Assembly: GCA_963674965.2 (NCBI GenBank)
Contig: CAXXFL010000006.1
Span: forward strand, 320,001 to 384,000
Reading direction: 5' to 3'
Source: a bacterium
GTDB taxonomy: Bacteria > RBG-13-61-14 > DATKZS01
Length of the DNA stretch: 64,000 bases
Below are positions 10,258 through 18,771 of this stretch, piece by piece. Each line of letters opens with the position of its first letter. Within the stretch, counting starts at the first letter, position 1. A model generated the notes under the pieces. The model saw nothing but the letters and a program-made list of their open reading frames with translations, did no database searches and was not told the DNA's origin. Position numbers and translations under genes: made by a program.

Positions 10258-10856
10258 GAGAATAAACCTCCGTTTCTAAAACATAACATACTATCCAAAT
10301 ACAGTGAGAAAAGTATCATATCAACAAGTGTCCATCATCGGCATTTGATACATTTTTGAAAAATTTCTCGAAATGATCTGCGCTCTCCGTATGGACAGGA
10401 ACAAGCTTGCGTGCATTGATGGCCTCTGCAAACACTTTGAGCTGGTCGAGGTTCGCATGGCCGCTGGTATGAATGTAGTGGAATTTGATGGCTTTATCAT
10501 CTTGGAAGCCCGCCATCATTTCGGCCCCCTGCATACTTTCCCAACGACTTGGGTCAAGGTAACCGCGCCATTGTGAATAGATGATGTTGACCGGATGTTC
10601 TTTTCTGTTTCTGTAGGCGTCAACAACTTTGGCCCCAGACGTTCTTATCACGCTCAGGTAATTCTCGGGCCTTTTGTATATCTGGTTTTTATTTATCGCC
10701 CTTCTCTCGGATCGCTCCCAAAAGTCCCCGAAATATTCAGGATTAGCCTCGACCAAAGCAGGCGGCGTACCAGAAGACAAGACCCGCCCCTCTGTGCCAA
10801 CGTAGATGAGACACTTCCCCTATGTTAAATTACTGTAGGGCGGGGGAGGTATTAGG

Positions 10857-11396
10857 ATGTATAGAGAGATGGATGAAGACAGGAAGAAGGCAGGGATTGT
10901 TGGGGAGACGGAGGGAGCCCGTAGGGCGACCGGAGTCTCCCCAACCGGGACGGCCGAGCCGGAGGACACTCCTGCCAAGCGGCCCGAGCGGGTGGGGGCG
11001 CCGATCATTCTTCCCGAGCCGGAGGTCCCGGAAAAGCCCGCCCGGCGGCGCTTCACCGCGGCTTACAAGCTCGCAATCCTCGGGAAGGCCGACGCCTGCT
11101 CGGGGCATGGCGAGGTCGGCGCCCTGCTGCGCCGGGAGGGCCTTTATTCGTCGCACCTGACGGCCTGGCGCAAGCAGCGGGACGAGGGGGCCTTGAAAGC
11201 GCTTTCGCCCGTAAAGCGGGGCCGCAAGCCCAAGGCCAAAAACCCGCTGGCCGATGAAGTGGCCCGCCTCGAGCGCGAGAACCGGAAGCTCCAAAAGCGG
11301 CTCGAACAGGCCGAGATGATAATCGACTTCCAAAAAAAAGTTGCCGATCTGCTGGGGATACCCCTGGCCAAGCCGCCCGGCGAAGAGAGCGAATGA
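10857..11396 (+). CDS. IS3-family transposase OrfA
   Basis: RRRFTAAYK HTH, LRREGLYSSHL, leucine-zipper-like C-terminus, A8 slippery run. Confidence 0.9.
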   Translation: MYREMDEDRKKAGIVGETEGARRATGVSPTGTAEPEDTPAKRPERVGAPIILPEPEVPEKPARRRFTAAYKLAILGKADACSGHGEVGALLRREGLYSSHLTAWRKQRDEGALKALSPVKRGRKPKAKNPLADEVARLERENRKLQKRLEQAEMIIDFQKKVADLLGIPLAKPPGEESE

Positions 11397-12409
11397 TGGA
11401 ATCGGCAAGCACGGCCGCTCCCCGGGTCGGCGCCAAGGCCGCCTGCGAGGCCCTGGGCCTGTCGCGAGCAACGTTTAATCGTCGCGCTAAAATTCCCTTC
11501 GGGCCTCCGCCGCCGAGGCGCGCGGCCAAGCCGGCAAGGTCGTTGAGCGAGGACGAGCGGCGCCGGGTGCTGGACGAACTCCACTCCGAGCGCTTTGCCG
11601 ACAAGGCCCCCCGCGAGGTCTGGGCAACGCTCCTGGACGAGGGGACATGGCTGTGCTCGGTCCGCACCATGTACCGCGTCCTCGACTCGGAAAAGGAAGT
11701 CCGGGAGCGGCGCAACCAACTCCGGCGTCCCCGATACAAAAAACCCGAGTTGCTGGCCGAGGCCCCCAACCAGGTCTGGTCCTGGGACGTCACCAAACTC
11801 AAGGGACCGGCCAAATGGACCTGCTACCAACTCTACGTGATCATGGACATCTTCAGCCGCTGCGTGGTGGGATGGATGATCGCCGGACGCGAAAGCGCGG
11901 AGCTGGCCCGCCGCCTGATCGGGGACAGCATCCGAAAACAGGGGATCGAGCCGGGACAACTCACCATCCACGCCGACCGGGGGAGTTCGATGAAATCAAA
12001 GCCGGTGGCCTTCTTGATGGCCGACCTGGGCGTGACCAAGAGCCACTCGCGGCCCCACGTGTCCGACGACAACCCCTACTCGGAAAGCCAGTTCAAGACC
12101 ATGAAGTACCGGCCCGAGTTCCCGAGCCGGTTCGGCTCCATCGAGGACGCCAGGGCCTTTTGCGTGAAGTTTTTCGATTGGTACAACCGCGAGCATCGGC
12201 ACACCGGGATCGGCCTGATGACGCCCGAGATGGTCCATTACGGAATGGCGAGCGAGATCGTGGCCGCCAGGCAAAAAACGCTCGACCACGCCTATGAAAA
12301 AAAACCGGAGCGCTTCGTGAAAAGACCGCCGACGGCGCCGGAGTTGCCCGGCAAAGCGTGGATCAACCCACCGGCGAAACCGGAGGAAATAAACAGTTTG
12401 CCACACTAA
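11393..12409 (+). CDS. IS3-family transposase OrfB (rve DDE)
   Basis: WSWDVT, DIFSR, HADRG, DNPYSESQFKTMK, YNREHRH. Confidence 0.93.
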   Translation: MMESASTAAPRVGAKAACEALGLSRATFNRRAKIPFGPPPPRRAAKPARSLSEDERRRVLDELHSERFADKAPREVWATLLDEGTWLCSVRTMYRVLDSEKEVRERRNQLRRPRYKKPELLAEAPNQVWSWDVTKLKGPAKWTCYQLYVIMDIFSRCVVGWMIAGRESAELARRLIGDSIRKQGIEPGQLTIHADRGSSMKSKPVAFLMADLGVTKSHSRPHVSDDNPYSESQFKTMKYRPEFPSRFGSIEDARAFCVKFFDWYNREHRHTGIGLMTPEMVHYGMASEIVAARQKTLDHAYEKKPERFVKRPPTAPELPGKAWINPPAKPEEINSLPH

Positions 12410-13268
12410 ATTCAGGAAAGGCGTGTCTCATTTTGCTTGACACATTCCGCGCATCCATTTCCATTCCATGCTCGGGACACCATCCGTCTTGAGCTTCATC
12501 TGCTCCAGAATCCAGGCGGTGTAGAGGTCGAGCACCATGGTCTTCTTGGCATCACGACAAGCCTTCCATGCGACAGTGAGCCTGTCCACATTCTGCCCCG
12601 AACAGACCAGGAAAGAAATATTCTTCTGGTCCTTGATGATGTTGTAAATTTCCCTGCCGATCTTTTCTTCGGTCTTTGCCGCGTTTCCGTCCCGACCGAT
12701 GTTGGTGCCTTCCATGATAAGGACATCTATGTCCTTGGGCGGGCGCTTCACAATCCGGTCAAAGAGCTTTCCCTTCTTGCCGTGGGAACGAAAGTCGCCG
12801 GAGTAGAAGACCCGCTTGCCTCCGGCCTCGACCAGAAAGGCAAAGGACTCCGGGGATGAGTGGTCCACAAGATAGGGAGTGATGGTAAAGCCGGCCACCT
12901 TGAATGGCTTCCGGTCGTCAATGTACTTGAACTCGCGGGACATAGGATCTCCCTTCCTGAAAATGCGAACCGCGTCGATCAGCCTCCTTCCGATCTCGCC
13001 TATGTAAATGGGCACGCCGGGAGCCAGTTCTTCCATCCGACCATAGTGGTCCTGGTGCGGGTGACTGATGATGAGGGCCTCCGGTTTGAAGCCCGTCAGG
13101 TCCACAGGCTTGGATTCGGGAGCAAGGGGCATCCCCAGTTCAAGCAGGATTGACCTTCCTGCATGAGAAAGTTCGATGCAGGTCCCGCCGATCTCATGAG
13201 AGCCTTTATGTATCTTGATCTTCATTGCAGCACTCTGCCCATAGTTTAGTCTTTCCGGAGTCGCGAAT

Positions 13269-15626
13269 TCAACCATGGGTCTCCATCCGCTCGTTGGCCC
13301 TCCTGAACTCATCAGGGTAGTTGGCCTTGAGGAATGCGCATCGGTAGGTGATTAGCGAGTAGGCCACAGCATGAGCCTTGTTGAAGGTAAATGAGATAAA
13401 AGCCCGAATTTCCTCAAGCAGGCCTTCCGCTTCATCTGTTGATAGCCCATTAGCCACCGCCCCGGTGATGAATCCATCCTCCAGATCAGACCTCTCGGGA
13501 AGTCGCTTAACGAGTTTCATTCTTAATGCATCGGCCTCCATGATGGACATGCCACCGATATCCATGCAGACTCTCAATACCTGCTCCTGGTAGACCCAAA
13601 CGCCATAGGTCTCGCTCAGGATTGGAGCAAGCTGCGGGACTGAGAAGTCAATGATGGCACTGTCATGCTTGGATGCGATCATTTGGTCCATAAAGCCTTG
13701 AGCCAACGGGCCGGGCCGATACTGCGCCATGACCGCGGCCAGGTCAGAGAAGCAATCCGGCTTCATCCTTGTCAACACCGACTTTGATCCCTCGCTTTCA
13801 AATTGAAACACGCCATCAGTGTCCCCCGCGCCAAGCAGTTCGTAGGCTCTACGGTCATTAAGCGGCAGCCTGCTGAGATTCAATTCAATGCCTTTCGTTC
13901 TGAGATCATCAAGGCAATAGCCAAACATGGTGACGGTCTTCAAACCGAGAATGTCAAACCTGACCAGTCCAAGACGCTCAACATCCTTCATGTCCACATG
14001 CACAATTGATTCCTGTCCACCACTAATATCTACTGGGGCGAGACTCTCCAATGACACATCCGAGACGACTACGCCAGCGGCATGCGTTGAACTATGTCGC
14101 AGTAGGCCTTCCAACTTCTCGGCAATTTTAAACAGATGATCGTATTTTGAATCTGTCTTTATCAAACGGGCCAATTCGGGAACTTCTTCCCGTGCTTCAC
14201 TCAGGTAGCTGTGAGGGGGGACCAGTCGTACTATCCTGTCGATTTCCTCTTGCCCTAATTTGAGGATTCTACCAATATCTCGTATAGCGGCCTTTGCTTT
14301 CATGGTTCCGAATGTGAGTATCTTGGCCACATGTTCTGGTCCTCCGTATTTCTCAATAATGTAGCTGATTACCTCATTCCTTCTTACGTCTCCGACATCA
14401 ACGTCGATGTCAGGAAAAACTGTCCGCTCCGGGTTAAGAAACCGCTCCGCGATGAGGCCGTGAGCCACGGGGTTTACATCGGTGATTCCCAGACAATAGT
14501 TCACTAGGCTGGCCGCCGCCGAGCCTCTGCCCGGGCCGACGGGTATGCTGTTGTCACGAGCCCAGTTCATATAGTCGGCAACTATCAGGAAATAGTCGGC
14601 CAAGTCGTGCTCAAGTATAGTGGCCATCTCATTTTCAAGCTGTCCCAGGTATTGAGGTTCACGAGAGAGGAATTCAGGATCGCTTATTTCAAAGTCCGTC
14701 CTTCTTTCCTTGAATCCTTCAGTAACTTGTTCCCTGAGCAGATCGGATGCACTTTTTCCCGAAGAAGTCCTGAAACTGGGAAGATGAATCTCATTAAGAT
14801 TGAAATCGAAGCAACATCTATCGGCTATCACGAGGCTGTTGTTGAGGGCATTGGGACAGTCAGCAAAAACCTCGGCCATCTCCTGGGCGGAACGAAAGTA
14901 GTAACCGGTCGCCAGGGGCGGGTCGCTCTTGGGAAAATCCGGCCAGGCTTGGCCCGACCTCATATAGAAAAGAACATTGTGGGCATTGGAATCTTCAGGG
15001 TCCAGATAGGCGCAGTAACCGGCGGCGACGACTGGTATGTCCAGTTCTTTGCCGAGCGCGATGAGACGCTTGTTGACCATCGTCTCTCCCGGCAATCCAC
15101 CATTGACCAGTTCGAGGTACAGGCGGTCTCCGAAAACATCCTTGTACCACTGGGCAGCCTGAGGAGCTTCTTCCTCCCTGCCGAATAAAAGTCCCGGCAG
15201 TTCACCATCCAAAAACCAGCCGGAAAGGGCTATCAGGCACTCGTTGTGTTTGGCAATCATCTCCTTTGTGACCAAGCCTGGGAACTGGCCGGAGCCTATG
15301 CTGGCCCTGGTCAAAATTTTGCACAAGTTTCTGTATCCGGCCTCGTTCTGACAGAGCAGTACCAGACTGTGACTTTCCGTCTCGGGATCACTGGCGTCAG
15401 TTGGGGCAACCTCCACCTCGCAGCCAATGATTGGCTTTATCCCGACACGTCTCGCCTCGATATAGAACTTCACAGCACCGGAGAGGGTCATGTAGTCCGT
15501 AATGGCCACGGCTGGCATGTTGAAATCTTTAGCCCGCTCCACCAGGTCCCGGACGCGAATCATGCTCCGAAGAAGGCTGAACTCGGTGCGAACATGAAGG
15601 TGTACGAATGAATTATTAGTGCGCAT
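13269..15626 (-). CDS. dnaE: DNA polymerase III alpha subunit-like protein, C-terminally truncated (~785 aa)
   Basis: PHP domain (FVHLH, KPIIGCE), GPGRGSAA, FLNPER.FPDIDVD, STHAAGVV, RFDILGL, GVFQFES, YRPGP, YQEQV, FNKAH..AY. Ends shortly after KANYPDEF. Confidence 0.92.
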   Translation of the reverse strand: MRTNNSFVHLHVRTEFSLLRSMIRVRDLVERAKDFNMPAVAITDYMTLSGAVKFYIEARRVGIKPIIGCEVEVAPTDASDPETESHSLVLLCQNEAGYRNLCKILTRASIGSGQFPGLVTKEMIAKHNECLIALSGWFLDGELPGLLFGREEEAPQAAQWYKDVFGDRLYLELVNGGLPGETMVNKRLIALGKELDIPVVAAGYCAYLDPEDSNAHNVLFYMRSGQAWPDFPKSDPPLATGYYFRSAQEMAEVFADCPNALNNSLVIADRCCFDFNLNEIHLPSFRTSSGKSASDLLREQVTEGFKERRTDFEISDPEFLSREPQYLGQLENEMATILEHDLADYFLIVADYMNWARDNSIPVGPGRGSAAASLVNYCLGITDVNPVAHGLIAERFLNPERTVFPDIDVDVGDVRRNEVISYIIEKYGGPEHVAKILTFGTMKAKAAIRDIGRILKLGQEEIDRIVRLVPPHSYLSEAREEVPELARLIKTDSKYDHLFKIAEKLEGLLRHSSTHAAGVVVSDVSLESLAPVDISGGQESIVHVDMKDVERLGLVRFDILGLKTVTMFGYCLDDLRTKGIELNLSRLPLNDRRAYELLGAGDTDGVFQFESEGSKSVLTRMKPDCFSDLAAVMAQYRPGPLAQGFMDQMIASKHDSAIIDFSVPQLAPILSETYGVWVYQEQVLRVCMDIGGMSIMEADALRMKLVKRLPERSDLEDGFITGAVANGLSTDEAEGLLEEIRAFISFTFNKAHAVAYSLITYRCAFLKANYPDEFRRANERMETHG

Positions 15627-16077
15627 GAATCCGCTCCCCAGGCTGGACAATCGCCTTGATTCCCCGGTCCATGAACTCCTCGAAATCTTCGAGGTTGCCG
15701 CTGAACTTTTCGCCGGACATCTTCTCCACCTGGGTGACTATGGACTCGATGATTTCCGGTACGTCCATCATTGTAGTGGGGTCGGGCATGAAGTAGGAAC
15801 CAGTGGTCCACCTGCTGACGCGATTGAACCAGCACAGCAATCTCCGAGGCAGAGCGTTAAGAATCCTCACCCAGAAAGGAGGAATCTGGCCGACATTCGC
15901 CTCGTCTTCAAACTTGACGACCGTTACCTTGACCCATCTGTTCATATTGAGAACTACGTCGCACTTTCCGCAATAGAGGAAATGGAAGGCTTTGGCCGGG
16001 TCGGACTCAAGCACGTATTGTTGAATCCCGACCATGACCTCTTCTTCGCACTTCGGACAGAATGCATACACCCCCAT
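15616..16077 (-). CDS. Small Zn-ribbon hypothetical protein
   Basis: CPKC...CGKC; AAGGAG RBS before ATG 16077; stop overlaps the dnaE start. Confidence 0.65.
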   Translation of the reverse strand: MGVYAFCPKCEEEVMVGIQQYVLESDPAKAFHFLYCGKCDVVLNMNRWVKVTVVKFEDEANVGQIPPFWVRILNALPRRLLCWFNRVSRWTTGSYFMPDPTTMMDVPEIIESIVTQVEKMSGEKFSGNLEDFEEFMDRGIKAIVQPGERIHAH

Positions 16078-16126
16078 TGACTTGCTCCTTTGCAATGGTT
16101 TTTCTTCTAATAATACAACTAGGGTA

Positions 16127-16141
16127 AATCAACGGTTGATT
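16127..16141. promoter_or_regulatory. Perfect palindromic operator candidate AATCAAC-G-GTTGATT upstream of the Zn-ribbon/dnaE operon
   Basis: Perfect 7-1-7 inverted repeat; 14/15 identical to 8411-8425; minus-strand TATTAT follows at nearly the same distance. Confidence 0.55.
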
Positions 16142-16209
16142 GGCTGTTTGGTCCTTTGATAGGGGCCAGGAAGCGTGAGTATAATGGCTTTGGGCCGAGG
16201 AATATGTGA

Positions 16210-16524
16210 GCATTCGGAAAGACAGCTTCCAACCTAAGCAAAAGAGTCGGCCAACACCTGATGCTTCTTGGTAGCGATGGTCTTATTCTGAAGCACACCG
16301 GCGGCGCGAAGAAGCTGAAGGCTCCAACAACCAGCTGCCAACTCCGGGCCGGCATCGAGCATCTATTCACGAGCCACACCAATACCCGCGCCCTGATTCT
16401 TGAGAATGTAGGGCTGTCATATGTGGTTCTTAACGGCGATGACCACGCCGCGAATCGGTTTTACTTGGAAGATATGGCCATCGGTTTGATGCGTCCCGCC
16501 TTGAATGTCGATATTGAGAGGTAG
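16210..16524 (+). pseudogene. Remnant of a GIY-YIG-like nuclease gene
   Basis: In frame upstream of the 87-aa ORF: (stop)AFGKTASNLSKRVGQHL; C-terminal R..LE...I....PALN; no proper N-terminus. Confidence 0.4.
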
Positions 16525-16586
16525 ATGGCCTAGGCTCCCACCTTGTCTGGAAGGCAACGTATTAAGGACGATTCATTGCCTTCGGG

Positions 16587-18038
16587 TCATGTTTTAATGG
16601 GAAGGGGAAGGCTCTTGAGCGTCATTGTTATCTCGTCCTCGCCTATGGTGATTCTTTCGATGATTGTCTCGATGATTTTTCGCTTCTCATCATCTGATAG
16701 GTTCGACCACCTTGATTGGAGTTCTTTTGATTCGCTTAGTATCTGCTTCTTGGTGAGCTGGCTGATTCTCAGGTAATCGAGTTCACCCTGTAGCTCTGGC
16801 AATTGCTTCTCGATGTTCTGAAACCTCTCCTCAAGCGGGTTGTAACGGCGTCCAAAACCTTTTCTTGGGATTTCTCCTTCATCGAGCAGCTTGAACAGCT
16901 TGCCCATTTCTCGCCAAGTTTTCTTCTGTTCTTCATGAAGCGTTTTTAGCAATGCTTCCTTGTCTTTCATCTGTTGTTCTGCTTCGCTCATCAATTGTGA
17001 TACCGGATTAGATGATTTCACGATTCCCTTTAGTTGGGTTCGGAATATCTCCTCTAGGTCTCCTTTCGGAATTTTTCTTCGACATTTTTGACAAATGTAT
17101 TTCGGTGAGTTTGATGGCATGTACATCTTGCCCCCGCATTGGCAGTAAACAATGCCCGTGAACAGCTTGACCTCCTTGCGAGTGGGCTTCTTTGTCCTTT
17201 TCTCGATTTCATCGAGAATCTGGTTGCACCTTCCCCAAAGCTCTTCGGAGACGACCGGTTCCACCTCGCTGAAGACCCACTCATCTTGGGACTTCAACTC
17301 CCATTGGTTTTCGTTCTTGAGGCTTCTCGTGTAATTCGCTCTCCGTACTCCTTTGGCGGTTGGGTCTCGGAGCAGCCTGGTGACTGTCGTATCGCTGAAC
17401 TTCGCTCCCTTCCTCGTGCGGTACCCTTGTTCGTTCAGGATGCGGGCAACGGTCTTCTTTCTTCTGTGTTCGAGGAACAGTTCATAGATGAGCTTTCTGA
17501 CCGGAGCCTCCTTATGATTCGGCGCCAGCTTGCCGTCCTTCCACTGATACCCGAAGCTGGCCTGGCCTCCTGTTGACTTGCCAAGTTTGGCGCGTTCAGG
17601 CACCGAAGCCTTCACCCGTTTGGAGGCCTCCTCTCGCTCCCACTGAGCCATGACCGGCACCAGGGTATGAAAGAGCTTCCCGGCGGGGGTTGAAGTGTCT
17701 ATGGACTCATCCAGGACTACCAGGTCGGCATCGTGGCTGGTAAAGTAATCCGAGAGATCCATCAGTTCCTTGGTGTTTCGGGCGAGACTGGCGAGACGAG
17801 TTGCGATGAGGCCGGTGATTCGGCCAGTCTTGATGTCCTTGAGCATTCGCTTGGCCTCTGGGTTATCCAGCACGCGCTCGCTTTCCATCGCCTCGAAGTG
17901 ATAGACCTCCCTGACGGTCCAGTCCTTGCCATTCGCATACTTACGAGCACGCGCCACCTGAGCCTCTGGGACGCCATCTTGGGCCTGGCCTCCAGAAGGT
18001 CCTTCAATCCAGATGCCGATATTTTTTACTCCCCCCAT
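16587..18038 (-). CDS. Large serine recombinase homologue with a degenerate catalytic motif
   Basis: Resolvase, recombinase, Zn-ribbon (CQCG..CQKC) and coiled-coil architecture; IDTSTPAGKL, AQWERE. N-terminus reads WIEGPSGGQ instead of (Y/W)xRxS. Confidence 0.85.
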   Translation of the reverse strand: MGGVKNIGIWIEGPSGGQAQDGVPEAQVARARKYANGKDWTVREVYHFEAMESERVLDNPEAKRMLKDIKTGRITGLIATRLASLARNTKELMDLSDYFTSHDADLVVLDESIDTSTPAGKLFHTLVPVMAQWEREEASKRVKASVPERAKLGKSTGGQASFGYQWKDGKLAPNHKEAPVRKLIYELFLEHRRKKTVARILNEQGYRTRKGAKFSDTTVTRLLRDPTAKGVRRANYTRSLKNENQWELKSQDEWVFSEVEPVVSEELWGRCNQILDEIEKRTKKPTRKEVKLFTGIVYCQCGGKMYMPSNSPKYICQKCRRKIPKGDLEEIFRTQLKGIVKSSNPVSQLMSEAEQQMKDKEALLKTLHEEQKKTWREMGKLFKLLDEGEIPRKGFGRRYNPLEERFQNIEKQLPELQGELDYLRISQLTKKQILSESKELQSRWSNLSDDEKRKIIETIIERITIGEDEITMTLKSLPLPIKT

Positions 18039-18169
18039 GGTCAATCCTTTTGAATCGTATGAATGATATGGTAGAGGGCCACATAACCTAAGGTACAAGG
18101 TTGTGTTGCCTTGTCAACCTCTTCCCGAATCAGCCATAATTATTAAAGCTAGCCAAACTTAATAATCAA

Positions 18170-18209
18170 CTTGACTTGATGCACGCACTTTTATAGCATG
18201 ATATATCAT
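18170..18209 (+). promoter_or_regulatory. Sigma70-like promoter (TTGACT-17-TAGCAT) overlapped by the 12-bp palindrome ATGATATATCAT
   Basis: Perfect palindrome at 18198-18209 directly upstream of the XRE gene. Confidence 0.45.
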
Positions 18210-18274
18210 CTGACACATCGAGAATTAAATCTATTGAATCGTTCAGGTACTGCCTGAGCTTAAAGGAGTCGGAC

Positions 18275-18508
18275 TTGAGCAGCAATGTTGACATCCCGAG
18301 ACTAATCCGTGAGCTCCGGGAAATGACGGGACTCACCCAGGAAAAATTCGCCGCTAGGCTTGGCGTGACCTACCCGACCATCAACAGGTGGGAGAACGGT
18401 CGAGCCAAGCCGTCGCCCCTGGCCATGAAGCGGATCGAGGACCTGCTCCAGGATCTGGGAGCACAGGGTAGAGACCTGTATAAGGAGTACTTCGGAGAGG
18501 AGAGTTAA
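18275..18508 (+). CDS. XRE-family HTH regulator
   Basis: LTQEKFAARLGVTYPTINRWENGRAKPS; AAGGAG RBS before TTG. Confidence 0.9.
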   Translation: MSSNVDIPRLIRELREMTGLTQEKFAARLGVTYPTINRWENGRAKPSPLAMKRIEDLLQDLGAQGRDLYKEYFGEES

Positions 18509-18510
18509 GC

Positions 18511-18771
18511 ATGGTCCAATCTCAAAACCCTATGTATAGGGCCAGAGAAATCAGGGCCAACGTAAAAGGGACGACTTATCCAGAAATCAGCAAAGGACGT
18601 TTCCGCGAGATGTTAGACATCATGCCTTCATCAACAGTGATGAGGGAGTTTTCAAATCTTGTAATTGATATAATTACCCACGTAAGGCTTTTTAAAAATC
18701 AAATCGTCAAACTTCAACAGGCACGGGATATCCTTCTTCTACGTCTGATGTCAGGAGAAATCACATTATGA
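18511..18771 (+). pseudogene. hsdS: 3' remnant of a type I R-M specificity subunit
   Basis: GTTYPEISK..F and C-terminal KLQQARDILLLRLMSGEI, typical of HsdS ends; only 86 codons. Confidence 0.75.

Larger units (their letters stand above)
10787..12449 (+). mobile_element. IS3-family insertion sequence, copy 1 (1663 bp, 2-bp TSD CG)
   Basis: OrfA plus DDE OrfB; subterminal IRs TGTGCCAACGTAGATGAGACAC / GTGTCTCATTTTGCTTGACACA; ends defined by comparing the four copies. Confidence 0.95.
10316..13276 (-). pseudogene. MBL-fold beta-CASP (RNase J-like) nuclease interrupted by IS copy 1
   Basis: N part has EIGG.C.E, SHPHQDHYG, VDHS, YSGDFRSHG; C part has HTSGHA, PVHTE. Removing IS 10787-12449 and one CG duplication restores the frame (...KWMRVLSSG...). 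Start is 13276 (overlaps the dnaE stop) or 13225. Confidence 0.88.

Noticed and set aside
10820-12406. Long antisense and alternate-frame ORFs within each IS copy
   Set aside because: Shadow ORFs of GC-rich transposase genes with no motifs.
13269-13420. Split-intein DnaE N-half
   Set aside because: The usual intein site reads uninterrupted (SFTFNKAH); no intein N-terminus and no C-extein gene is seen.
18164-18180. Third copy of the AATCAAC palindrome
   Set aside because: Only one half-site matches (AATCAAC-T-TGACTTG).
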